Below, piece by piece: positions 31,163 through 42,773 of a DNA stretch of 64,000 bases (positions within the stretch are counted from its first letter, which is position 1; each line of letters starts with the position of its first letter). The notes below the pieces were generated by a model. It was not told the origin of the DNA, did no database searches, and saw only the letters and a list, made by a program, of their open reading frames with translations. The DNA lies in NCBI GenBank assembly GCA_029953675.1, contig JAMWBK010000006.1, positions 744,001 through 808,000 of the forward strand, written 5' to 3'. Origin of the DNA: Rhodosorus marinus CCMP1338 (taxonomy: Eukaryota > Plantae > Rhodophyta). The translations under genes and the position numbers were made by a program.

Positions 31163-31503
31163 AACTAAGGCAAATAGCAAACCAAGGCACATGCTCTAAG
31201 ACTTGGTTCTCGTTGGCTTCGGGAATCCTTCCGCGAACTAAGGCAAATAGCAAACCACGGCGCAAGCTCTAAGACTTGGTTCGCGTTGGCTACGGGAATT
31301 GCTCCGCGAACTCCCCGACCGTATGTCCTCGTTTACCAGTGAAGTTTCTTGCTGTGGTTTTGAACGCTGCTTTGATGTTGGAGGGGCGCGATCTTCGCGT
31401 GCGCATAGTCTGTTTTTTTCCCTCGCGGTTTTTTCTTTCAGTCTCCGACGAAACAAATTCATTCAAGGCTTCAGCCTCCGACGAAACAAATTCATTCAAG
31501 GCT
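31163..31503 (+). mobile_element. Short CRE-like 3' fragment with tandemly duplicated 5' junction (73 bp) and 3' end (33 bp)
   Basis: AACTAAGGCAAATAGC at 31163 and 31236; CTCCGACGAAACAAATTCATTCAAGG at 31443 and 31476. Confidence 0.85.
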
Positions 31504-32253
31504 TGAAAAAATTATCTATAGTACTCCTATAGACCGCCTCTTCTTGGCTCCTCGCATGTTAGTCTGGTTCCGGTGCTTGCGTGCATGAAGGAAGTCTTCT
31601 TGTACCAGCGCAAAGGGCCGCTGAAGCTGCTTGAGGAGCTCAGGGTTTGTTATCTGGGGCTGCAGTGCTGCTCCTCTTTATGGAGATCCGCCCCTCCCGC
31701 CTACCTTTAGTTCGGGTCGTCTTGTTTCTCAGAGTATGCTGCCTCGACTAAGGTTTGATTTTCATCAATACGCGAGGAATGATTAACTTTTTCGGTGGGA
31801 TCACAAAGGCGGTTTTTGCTTGTTCATGTGACGTCTCAGCCTTCCAGCAATATCCGGCTTACCCAAATGATGCTCGGGCCGTGCCAGAAGCTCTGAAGGT
31901 GCAACACTTATTCGAGATTCGGCTGTAGTGCACGTCCCTATGGAATCCATGATTATTTCGAGGTTAGTTTTTGCAAGTAAACGCAAGGAGGAAAAAGGAA
32001 CCAGAGTTAGAAACGGAAAGCTAGGTTTGGGATATATTACCTAATTATGGAGTAATTAGGAGGGAAGGAAAACCTCGAATTCAGGAATAAATGAGTCAAC
32101 AGGTGTCCATCCAGATTGACACCTGGGCCGTGTCAGGCCGGTCTCATCGCATGGTTGCGATTGAGGACGACGAACCCGAACCTTAATAGCCCAAGAGCCT
32201 GATAACCTGACCCTGATAATCATAACCCGATAACCGGAGCCCGCAGTACTAAC

Positions 32254-35105
32254 ATGGCCAGTTTCCGATCCAGGCACCCCACCCGAAGGCCTACGACGGG
32301 AGCGTGACGGCCTCTAATCCATATGGCTCCGCAGCCTGAAGAATTTCTTCAAGCTGGCAGGCTTTGGCGAAGACGACGACGACTGTAAAATTCTCTTAGC
32401 AGAAGGATACCTTACGGGCGATGCCTCATACTGGTATTCCTTGTCGGAGGATAAACGACCATATGTATTCGATGAATTTGATACAGCTCTACACGCCAGT
32501 TTTATCCTGCAGACGCGAAGATCCGGGCTAAACCACAGTTAGCGAGAGCACAACAGCGGGCATCGGTCGCAGCTTACGCCTCATAGTTCAATAAGTGCCT
32601 GATACAGGTTGAAACCATCTCCGATTCTGAGAACTTTGATCACTTTGTTGATGGTCTAAAACGCGAGATCCGCAAATATATCTACATCCAGGAAACCGAG
32701 GCCTTGAGGAAGCTCAGGCTTTGGCCTTGAAAATTGAAGGTGCAGGTCTGGCGAGTGTCCGCCAGCCAGGGAACCACAAGAATTCTCCCACGACCTCTGC
32801 GCGTGCACCACCGGATCTGCCATTCAAGGGACAGACCAGGAGTGGAAGGAGCTACACCACGCCACAGACCCAGGAGACAAAAAATTTATGCCAACATCCG
32901 GTGCAATTTCTGCCACAAGTTGGGTCACACACACGCGGATCTGCTGGAACAACCCGGAGAAGGATCTTCGAGTGGCCAAACCTGGGCCCCCTCGATTGCA
33001 GGCGATGATTTTAAACCCGGAGCAGTAGAGAGCCCAGCCGACACTACTGCGAAACCAGGCGGTGGCAAACGCTACTGATTAATCATGATATGACGGTGAC
33101 CGCGTACATCAACGACCCTATCAAGCTACTGATTCATACGCGAAGCACTCACTCCGTCATTCGGTACGACCCCGACGCAACACACATTCCAGTTCTGAAG
33201 ACGAGACCCATCAGCCGGATCACTGCGGATCCTGCAAATGAGTTAGAGATTGTGGGCACCACCGACGACAGCTGAACTCTGGACCAGCTTCTTGAAGAAG
33301 TGTTCAAGAAACTGAGTGCACAACGGGACGACCGTCGCGTAGTAGAGTTGTGGAAGGTTTACGTTTCGACAGTTCACCAATGGGAGACTGAGTAAAAAAC
33401 CCTGAAACCTTTATTGAACCTGAAATCCTCAAAATCCTGAAATCCCGGAAGAACCTGAGTAATTTGTTACAAACAACCTGAAAAATACACCGAATAAGTT
33501 GAAACCTGGCGTTATCCGTAACTTGGAGGAACCCGCAACCAAAGATAGAGAGAAATTTACAGAAAAACAACTGGGAGAGGCCAAGGATCTGGAGAAGTTC
33601 ATCACGGCGAAATACACTGATGTTTTCGTGGAAGATATCAAGAGCCCACCCCCCTCGCGAAATGTCATCTTGAGAATCGATCTGAAACCGGGGAAAGAGC
33701 CAACATCGCAACGACTACACTGAATGAGTCTCAGGGACCAGATGGAGCTGAAAATTCAGCTCAATGATCTTTTGAGCAGAAACCTCGTTCGGCCCAGCTC
33801 GTCACCATTCGCTTCGCCCTTCCTGTTGGTGGACAAAAAGGATGGTGGGAAAGGATTATGTATTGACTATCGACGGTTGAACCAACACACTATCCTCAAC
33901 AAGACGAGCCTGCTTCGAATTGACGATTGCCTTGATTCCCTTAAATGTAATCCAGCTGAGGAGTGGTTACAGGCAACTACGGGTTGAAGAAGGCGACATA
34001 CAGAAGACGGCATTCACAATGATGATCCATTTATTCAGAGCCTAACTATGCTGTTTGCTATTCACAATACCGTTTGGCTTGTATGAATGGCTCATCATGC
34101 CTTTTGGCCTTACAAATGCGCCGGCTGTCTTCACCCGATTATTGAACCGCACGTTCTTCAACGAGTTAGGTATTTTCGTCACCATCTTCTTTGACGACAT
34201 CATCATCAACTCTTCAAGCTCGGACGACCACAAGAAACACCTGGAAGTAGTCTTTTTCGAAATTGAAATTGAGGGACGAGCTGTGCACGAAACGATCAAA
34301 GAGCGTTTTTGTCGTTCCAGAGGCCAAATATCTAGGTCATCTAGTTGGAAGCGGAAAACGGAGGCCGGATCCCAGTAAAATAGCCGCATTAGACAACTGG
34401 CGAAAAAACCCCGCAGAACGTGCATGACGGAAGATCCTTCCTGGCCTTCACGAGATATCTACGCCGCTATGTGGCGTCTCTGACGGATACAACCAAGGAC
34501 GTAAAATTTCGGCGGGGGGCCTGAGCAGCAGGAAGCTTATGACACTTTGCGGAAAAATTAACGGAGCAGCCAGTCCTTCGCAACCCAGACTTCACTCAAG
34601 TATTCACCGATGCAGCGGAGAATATGGCAGATCCTCTCAGCCGAGGAGCTATCAACCAATTGGCGATCTCTGGAATAATACCCTATCAGGATTGGCATGG
34701 AGCGTACTTGTAGGACCCTGACTTTGCCGGAGTATTTCCGGAGGCAGCGAATTATAGGTTACAAGGCTTCCACAGGAAGCGAGACATCTTATACAGACAT
34801 CATCGCATCTACGTTCCGTGGAAATTTGTACCTGACCTGCTGCGGAAGTATCATGAAGAACCTACCGGGGGTCATTTCGGAATCCAAAAAAACTGTCAAC
34901 ATGGTGAAAAGGCGTAGGAGATGATGTGCAATCACTCTTAAGAAACCTGTGAGCTCTGCCAGCGACAGAAACCCCTCAGAGCAGCCTAAGGGCTTCTACA
35001 ACCTACGCGGATCAAAGCTGCAGGAGATTTCAATAGACTTCATTATCAGCCTTCCAACGCAGAATCTGGACACGACTCAGTCTTGGTAATCGTGATGTTC
35101 TGCGA
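32254..35105 (+). mobile_element. Decayed Ty3/gypsy LTR retrotransposon (gag, protease, RT, RNase H and integrase remnants)
   Basis: Gag WLRSLKNFF...YLTGDASYWY and knuckle CNFCHKLGH; [54 protein letters not shown]; integrase-like CELCQRQKP / ISIDFI. Many stops and frameshifts. Confidence 0.9.
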
Positions 35106-35820
35106 GACGGAAAGGGGAGTCACAAATGTGTGACTACTAAATCATCAGTAAACACTAGCTAGTTAAACTACTGGCGCTCTAGTAAAGTCCAGTCCAGTCT
35201 CATAACTACGCGGTGCAACTCGAGAGTTGAAAACTATCCACAGCGTGCGGAACATCGCCGCGAGAGTTTTCTTCGCGGAAGTGGTGTCCGAGCCTAGATG
35301 CCTGGTGAGGCGGCGAAGGTCTGCAATTGTACATGGTGCAAGTCGTCCGTATGCTTCGACTCTGGCGCTGTAATGCTGCCCTAGTTTTGGAGGCGCGCTC
35401 CCTACGCCCGTCCTAGAGTACCTTATTCCGGACCCTAGCCTCCGACTAAAATGACGGTGGTGACGGTAGGTACAGTACAGGTCCAAGCAATCGAGGCGCA
35501 GCGAGCGAGGCAGAGTTGTCTCTCACCGGATGCAACTCCAAGGAACAGGGACTAGGATCCCTACGTAAGGACCCACACTGATGATGGTCGGCACAAAGCA
35601 AAGTCCATTACCAAGTCCAAGGCAACAGAGACGCAGCGAGCGAGGTAGAGTTATCCCTCACAAGGCAGCAACTCCAAGCAACAGGGGCTGGGAGCAGGAG
35701 GCTAGGGTAGGAGCTACCCGTGACCGAGCGAGAGAATTACAAGTATTTGACCATGCGAATTATCGAGCTGGGCGTGTGGCTTTTAGTTTCCTCTTGAGTC
35801 AATACTTGCGGGCTTGACAA
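35105..35820 (+). mobile_element. Family C LTR-like repeat directly after the gypsy integrase remnant
   Basis: Homologous to 24395-24880; may end ...GGGCTTGACA. No matching 5' LTR was recognised upstream of gag. Confidence 0.55.
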
Positions 35821-36664
35821 TCGCCCCCCCAAAACACCATATCAAAAGCCTATTGTGTACAGTTAAATATCGTACATGTTTCTCTATATTTTATCACAAA
35901 AGGATCTCATAAGGCACTATTTACATGTTCGTCTAGAGGACGATAAAAAAACTCGGGACGCGTGGGTAGTGGTAATTGGATATATCTTCCTATCTCAAGT
36001 CATCCTAAATACCGGAATACGAATTTACCCCTGGCGTATTCGTGTCGAAATAAACATGTGTAAATATTATAATTATTTGGACGGAAGTGGTTCTTTCCAT
36101 CGCACGGATCAACTGGGTAGGCATTAACGCTCGCAGATACTTGTTTCATTTGACATGGAATTCCGCTGGCATAGTTTCATAATGAAGTTCTGGCTGAGTT
36201 TAGTCCTTCGCACTAGCTGTGGGAGGCGTGCAGACGGAAGCAGCTTTTTGGGCGCCCAAGGGTTTCTCAATGATTTCGCTGAATTTTGGCCCCCTATATT
36301 CCTGGTCTGGTCTTGTTTGAAGAGGAGTATGTGGCACATTCTGGGCCTGAAATGCAAAAGGCTGGCAAGTTCTCATGAGGTGTTTTCCGTGCATTGCGTC
36401 AGTTTTCCACGGGCTGGGAAAGGCCATAGTCCGCCCAAGCCGGGCCGCTGCGGAAATATTTCGTATGAACTATTGGAATGGCTTGCCATGGTGCCTGCCA
36501 CAGCTCAAGGATATGGATCCTTAGCAGTATCTAAGGGGATTCGTCGTGTCGTGACCTCCTTCCTGGGGACAACTCTCAGCTTCTCTACATGCTCGAATTC
36601 TTTTGGACCTCGTTTATACTAGCTTTTCCTAGTTGTTCGAATGCCCAGACAACAGTTCCCTCGT

Positions 36665-36985
36665 TCAAGTCGAACCCTCTGTTCCAACACTGCCGCTGAC
36701 TAGAACAAAGTCGTCGCCATCGTCATAATTAATATCATATTCATCAAAAGCGGCTGGGCCGTCTTCTATCATTACACTACCCCATGTTCCTTTCCCTCCA
36801 GCGCCGTTCTTCTTGGGGAGTCCCCTAGTTCCGGTCCCTAATCAGCCGAGAAAAACACATATCATGTTAACAGCTGCGCAATCGCAGAATTCTAAGACGA
36901 GGCACTTACTACTGTGACGATCGTATGCCTTCTTTGCTGGTGACTTCGGTGCTGGACTCCTCGCTCCTTTTGGATCTGGTCTCAT
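36665..36985 (-). CDS. 82-aa microprotein consisting of a PDCD4 N-terminal-like motif, without MA3 domains
   Basis: Exons 36985-36910 and 36837-36665 (72-nt GTAAGT...TTAG intron) give MRPDPKGARSPAPKSPAKKAYDRHSRTGTRGLPKKNGAGGKGTWGSVMIEDGPAAFDEYDINYDDGDDFVLVSGSVGTEGST*. Not listed in the ORF track. Confidence 0.75.
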
Positions 36986-38983
36986 CCTTTAACAGACAAT
37001 GTTCCACAAACACTAAAACGCTCAAACACCCTAACACGACACAATTTCCCAAAGAACTTCTTAAACTCAACAATCTTAGCTTTTCCTCACTCCTCGCAAT
37101 TCGCCCATCGCCCGAGAGCTCTGACTGCCGAGACTCAATGATATTTATACGCACCGCACCAGCACTGCCAACTGGACTCACCCAGTCCAGCAAAAGCAAA
37201 TCTCATACGCCTAGCAAGAAAAGAGCAACAGACCCTACCCCTGCAGGACAGTATGAATTTCTGAGCCTGAAACTGATGGAGCCACCCCCCCCCCCCAAAC
37301 GCGGCACGGAATATGATCAAAAATATTTATAAATTGAAGTATGTGCGATTCTAACCCTAAGGATAAAATCTAGACGTTTAACTTCCTAGAGATGTATGAA
37401 AGCTAAACTCAAAGGGGGGTACAAGCGAGTTCGCTTCCAACGCCTTGACCCCTTTTTAGATCTGTCGTTTCTTAGATTCCACTTTAAATCAATTGCAAAC
37501 TAGGTTTTTCAAGGATATGGTCAAAACCCCAAAATGACTGGAATGAAATTGCTTGAATACAGCTCCATTGCATGAGAAATGGAACTGAAGGATCTAGAAT
37601 TGAAAGACAAGCCATTCAGATTTCGGACTGGGTTTTTGGGACCTGTAAAAACTAATATTTTTCAATTGAATCCTTCATGCCATCAGCTAAATCAGATAAA
37701 ATTCCATTCAGGAAATTTAGATTTGCTGAAGATAGTATTAAAAATAGTAGAAATTAGACCCTAGTAAAACAAATAGAATTGCCCCCTTGGATACATTGAA
37801 ATTTTTATAAAAATATGAGCTATCAGCAAACGGGTGGATAAAATGATCGATGAAATCCAATAGTACCAATCATAGTTTGACGCGTGGTCTGCTTTTACTA
37901 TATGATTGGAGTATCAGAAAAATTACATTTTATTCGGGGAAACTATTTTGTATTATAGCGACCATGCTCAAGAAACCATGCGGGTATTTTTTGGTCTTCT
38001 GGCTGAACAATCGAGAACTCGGGACGGCCAGAGACCTGTTGGCAAGGTGGATGTGCATTCGAAACACTCTGTGATGTGCAAACGATTATCTAGTTTCGGA
38101 ACAAAGTCCCATCGCCCGCAGTCTGGGATTCGCAGAAGGCTAAATCATTAGGATCCCCATCCCCCTTCCCCCCATCGATGGAATCCTACTATCACACCCA
38201 CTATGTACACACATCTGTTCAGACCGTTGGTAAACCGATCGGGAGCTAAAGACTACCGCTATTGTGGCTATTCAGAGAGACAGACTATGATTGCATATCG
38301 GATGGATCGAACCGATCGTGATCAGCTTGGGTCTCTGCTCCTCTACCTCAGCCCAGTCCGCAGCTCTCAGCTCATCATTCGTTTCTATTCTTCTCAGGGT
38401 TGAGTGAAACGGAACAAAGTTTTCTTCACGCGATTCACGCAACTGGCGACCTGTCGGCCTTGAAATGAAAGGAGCAGTCGGCATCGATCAAACGCGGGAA
38501 CGGCACGCCTCTGTTCGAGACCCCGAACTTCCTATCACATTGTGACGGATTTGTTTTACAAGAAAGAAAGATCGGTTCCTCTCTAGTCAATTTTAAGTTC
38601 CGTGCGACAAAGGCCTCCTCCAGAAGGGATGAAAAGATTCGTATCTAAAACGAGCAAACGCGTTTTTCTGCCTGGAGCTCTAGGTGAATGAGACAGGATA
38701 TCCTTCTGGAAGAACAATAGATAGACCCAAGACTGAGATAGCATCCAGACGACCAGGCTGCATTCGGACCGGGCGACTAGGAACCGGACGTGGGTCCCCA
38801 CTAATCAGTGGTTCGGTCAAGCCTCACGCGATCGTCACCACCACCACGGGAGGCCAAGACAATTAGCGAAGGTTCAAAGGTTCACGACCAATGGGCCAGC
38901 TTGAGATTCTACGATGCTCTCTTTACTATCCAGGACCGCGGAGTAACTGCTACGCTCGGTTGTTAGTAGTAAGTCCCTTTGAA

Positions 38984-41077
38984 TTAGGTTTCTGGTAAGT
39001 TAGTTGCGTTTGGTATTCGGTATTGCCCAAGCACCCTACGTTCGGATTTATCAGCTGCTTCCTTTGAAAACACCACAACAAGATCGTCCTGCATAAGAAA
39101 TCTGACGTACGTGCCTTCTGCTGGAACAGGCAACCACCACAAACGCCGTGTCAGAAGCATCGCTAGATTTTGGTTTCCAGGCATTTGCGGGGATACAATA
39201 CCTGTCTTCTGTATCAAATGGTACAAGTGCATTATTCCAGTAACTTTCACATTGTTCACCTTCTCTACTACGCGATGCTCGAGGTTGTCGTACCCCAGGT
39301 TCACCTTGTCCCTAAGTACTGCCGAGCAAACCACGATTTCCGCTTTGCGAAGCCTGAAAGCCTGTAGGATAGCCATCCAAATATCGTTCCGCTCAATCTA
39401 AGTAGTTCCCACAGTTGCAAACTGTCCTCTTTGCCCAAGACTTACCGCTTGTCGCTCGGCCCTTAGCAGATTTTCCGGCCACTTCTCATCCCACTGACGC
39501 AGATACGGGTAGGTTAAGATGGTAAACACGAGGCCTCCGTAAATAACGTACGGCGGCGAACGATCAACAGTAGCGAGGAGCGGCAAAGTTCTCTCTGAAC
39601 GACTGCACAATCAAACTATAGCGTCAATTTTTCTTGATCTACAAACCCGGTAGTCACGCATTGCGTACCTAGTAGTTACCGACACCTCCATCTCCCCACC
39701 ATCTCGCAGTATCCGGAGAGGTAGCTCGTACTCAGGAGGTCGAAGGGCAGCAAGATAGTCAAAGTAGACTCGTTCACCTTCATCTCGGAGGGAAATCGTT
39801 CCATCATTTGCAATCCTAACACCATCCACCTCGAGCAGGACATCACCACACTAAGATGGATATGTATCAGTTGCGTGGCAGTCGCTATTCATGTCTTCAA
39901 CAGACCGAAGGGCAGAACTTACCGCAATCCGCCGCATTGCCGCGCATTCGTACCTAAAACCAGTTATCAAGATACCCGTCTCAAGAGAGTTCATTCCCAT
40001 CGACCTCCGGAGAGATTCATTTTCCATCTTCTGATGGGTGATCGGCAGCGTGTAAAGCCCTGATTTGGACGTTCAGGACGCTTCAGCGACTCACGTGCGG
40101 GAACTGTTGTTATGAAAGCTCATACCTTTGTACTTCCCATGGGCCTCATAGTCCTCAAGAAACTTCTGTATTATCACTCCTGGGACTGCGTGTGCTAAGA
40201 ATTCATCCTCAGCACTACGTTGATGTATCATTCCCACAACTTGTGCTCCACGAACTACAGGCGCACCGGAGACTCCAGGCAGAAATCGAGGTCCAGCTAT
40301 TTCTAGAGTCAGTACTGACGATCCTCCGTGCAAGTATTCTCGAACATCAATGGCGTTCACAACAGCCTTGCTAACGTATCCTCCGCTCTCAATTCCTCCC
40401 GGGGCTGCTCTTACCACATTAATCTCTTCACTTGGTCTCGGAATCTTCTTCGACACCTGTAAACCTAGGCCTGTCGTCCCAAAAGAACCACCATTAGCTC
40501 TGCCCTGAGAGGATTGTCTGGGCGAGTTGTAGAACTTAGGCTTGCTGAGGGAACCCTACGAATGCTGACGTGCTGCCAGAAGTTTTCATCATCAACGGAA
40601 ATCAGCGCCAGGTCACATTCTTCTGCTACTGTGACGACTCGGGCCGGAAACATTCTTCGGGAATTGTGTTTCGACTGCGCAGGTAGCTCAACTGAGATCG
40701 TCGCACTGTGCGATAGGACATGTGCTGTGGTAAGTATCTCCTTCGCACCCACTAAAAAGCCTGTATTACGATCATGGCCGGTAAGAATGGCGGAGGGGTT
40801 CAGCGTCCTGTGGAATAGGAATGAGCAGCTTAGCAGAACACAGTAGGTTTTTTCACCAACCTGTACCAGTCTTTTCCTCCACCGGCTGGGTCAACCACGG
40901 AAGAGAGAGGTTCGGTGAGCATGACGCGCTGTGTACTTTGACCACCGTGGGGAGAACTCGATCAATCAGCTCTCGATCATCGTCGAGGCTGGTCTGCACG
41001 CGCGTCAACCGACAGCTCTGCAACTTCCTCAGAGCCGGAGACCCAGCCACAACATGCTGTACGCAGAACAGAAGCAT
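38984..41077 (-). CDS. Deg/HtrA-family serine protease with PDZ domains (Deg2/9/10-like), multi-exon
   Basis: TVVKVHS, ILTTAHV (His), ECDLAL (Asp), PGVSGAP (Ser); PDZ-like GDVLLEVDGVRIANDGTI; YVIYGGLVF; VNLGYD..VEKVNNVKV. Confidence 0.85.
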
Positions 41078-42773
41078 CCTTTCTCCGTGTCGTATTCTGT
41101 GACTCAGTCAGAATCGAACAAAATCCCCCTACCGCAAGCCCCAAACCCTCATACCTGGTGAGAAAACAAGCCGTTCTAAACTTGCGCACACACAGAAAAT
41201 GACCTCAAAAAGCCAAGTCACTAACTCCAACTACCAATGACTAGAACCATATCCCTTCTACAAAAACCTAATATCCCTGACATAGACCTACCCCTACCTC
41301 TCTTTCCATCTCCTTCTCTCTGGAATGGTTCCAATACCAATACCAATCCATCCTTTGTCCATGCGATATCACTGAGCTCCCCGCCATCCCCCACGGTGAA
41401 AATCAATATACTTTAAACAATATGTTGTACAGTGTTTTTGAATAGAAACCTTCCTATTGTAAATTCCACACGTATGTTTTCAGTGTACGTTTAGAGGCAA
41501 TAAATATTGGTCGGGTAGTTACTTTTCTTTTGTTCAGAGAATATCTCGAGGAAAACTGATAACTGACGAGGTTAGTACGTTTTGTACTATTTGTACGATA
41601 GGTGTTGGTGACGAGCGGGTTTTTGTGTATGAAGCTTGGCCAGTTAGCTGAGGATTTTGAGTGAGCTGCTAGAAGTATTCATCGGGATTTTGACCTGCTT
41701 CCGCTCCCTTCTTGCCCAGACCAATGAAGCGCTGACGTACAAATGGACAGCCCATGTTCACTGGACCGCACCATGTGCCGATGTATTGGTCGCTTTGCAT
41801 GCAGGTGCGCGGATCAGAAATAGTTCGTCTCCCCACCCACCCCTCCAACTCTCCCAAAGAGTTCTGATACTATTCAAAGGGCCTAGGTAAGATAGACTCG
41901 CTAATCACATACAGCGTTTAACTATTGCTATTGCTCAGCCACGAGAGGCAATCATGAACTGCGAACATTGAAGAAGCGCATCTGCACTAAACATAACGTT
42001 CAGATCGCATCGAGAAACTCACTATCGCGACGACTCAGCTCCAGACTGCTCAACCCACGCATCTATTCTACACCGAGCACACACAACGCTTCAACTCACC
42101 CTGAAAGAATACCGAGCTTCAGCAATACGCCGAAGTCTTACTATTTATACCGTAACAGTACAAAATACGAATATAAGCCTCTACCAAATAAACAGTTTAG
42201 ATATGAATTCAAGCGCAATTATATCCACTTCACCATAACTAACGATATAATAAATGATGTTTTAAGTATAATTATACTGTAACAGTATTCAAATTTTCGA
42301 TTACACATCGCTCCAAAAAACGAAGAACAAGTAATTGTTCGGAGCTACTCTAAAATATTGTTATCTGCAAAAAAAACTTTCACGGGCCAAGACCGACGAG
42401 GTTTTCATGGGAGGGCCATTAAGGGTGCACGAATCGAGGAACATTAGCCTTAAGAGGTTCTCGTAAAATAGATTGACATAAAATATTTGTTTTTCTATAT
42501 CCCCCGCCTCGAGGGGGTTTTGGACGTGAAACGCTTTCTTAAGCAAATTTTTTGTTTTGTTTTTTGGCTGGTTTTTGTTGGATGTTGGTTCTATTTGATG
42601 TTGAATAGAACTTTGAAGGGTTTGGGAAGGTGGGAGAGGGGTGGGGATGATCTCGACGCGTGCGTGTGTATGTATGTGTGTGAGTGTGTTTTTGTGAAAG
42701 TGAGGTTTCTCTGTACGGTTAGTATTATCCATAGATTGAACTGTTTTGAGTAGGTTTTTTTAGTTTTTAGAGA

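Noticed and set aside
31530-32250. Expected 5' LTR and primer-binding site of the gypsy element
   Set aside because: No family C match or tRNA-complementary PBS could be recognised.
36124-36622. ORFs downstream of the PDCD4-like gene as possible MA3 exons
   Set aside because: Translations show no helical MA3/HEAT-like pattern; probably 3' UTR or intergenic.
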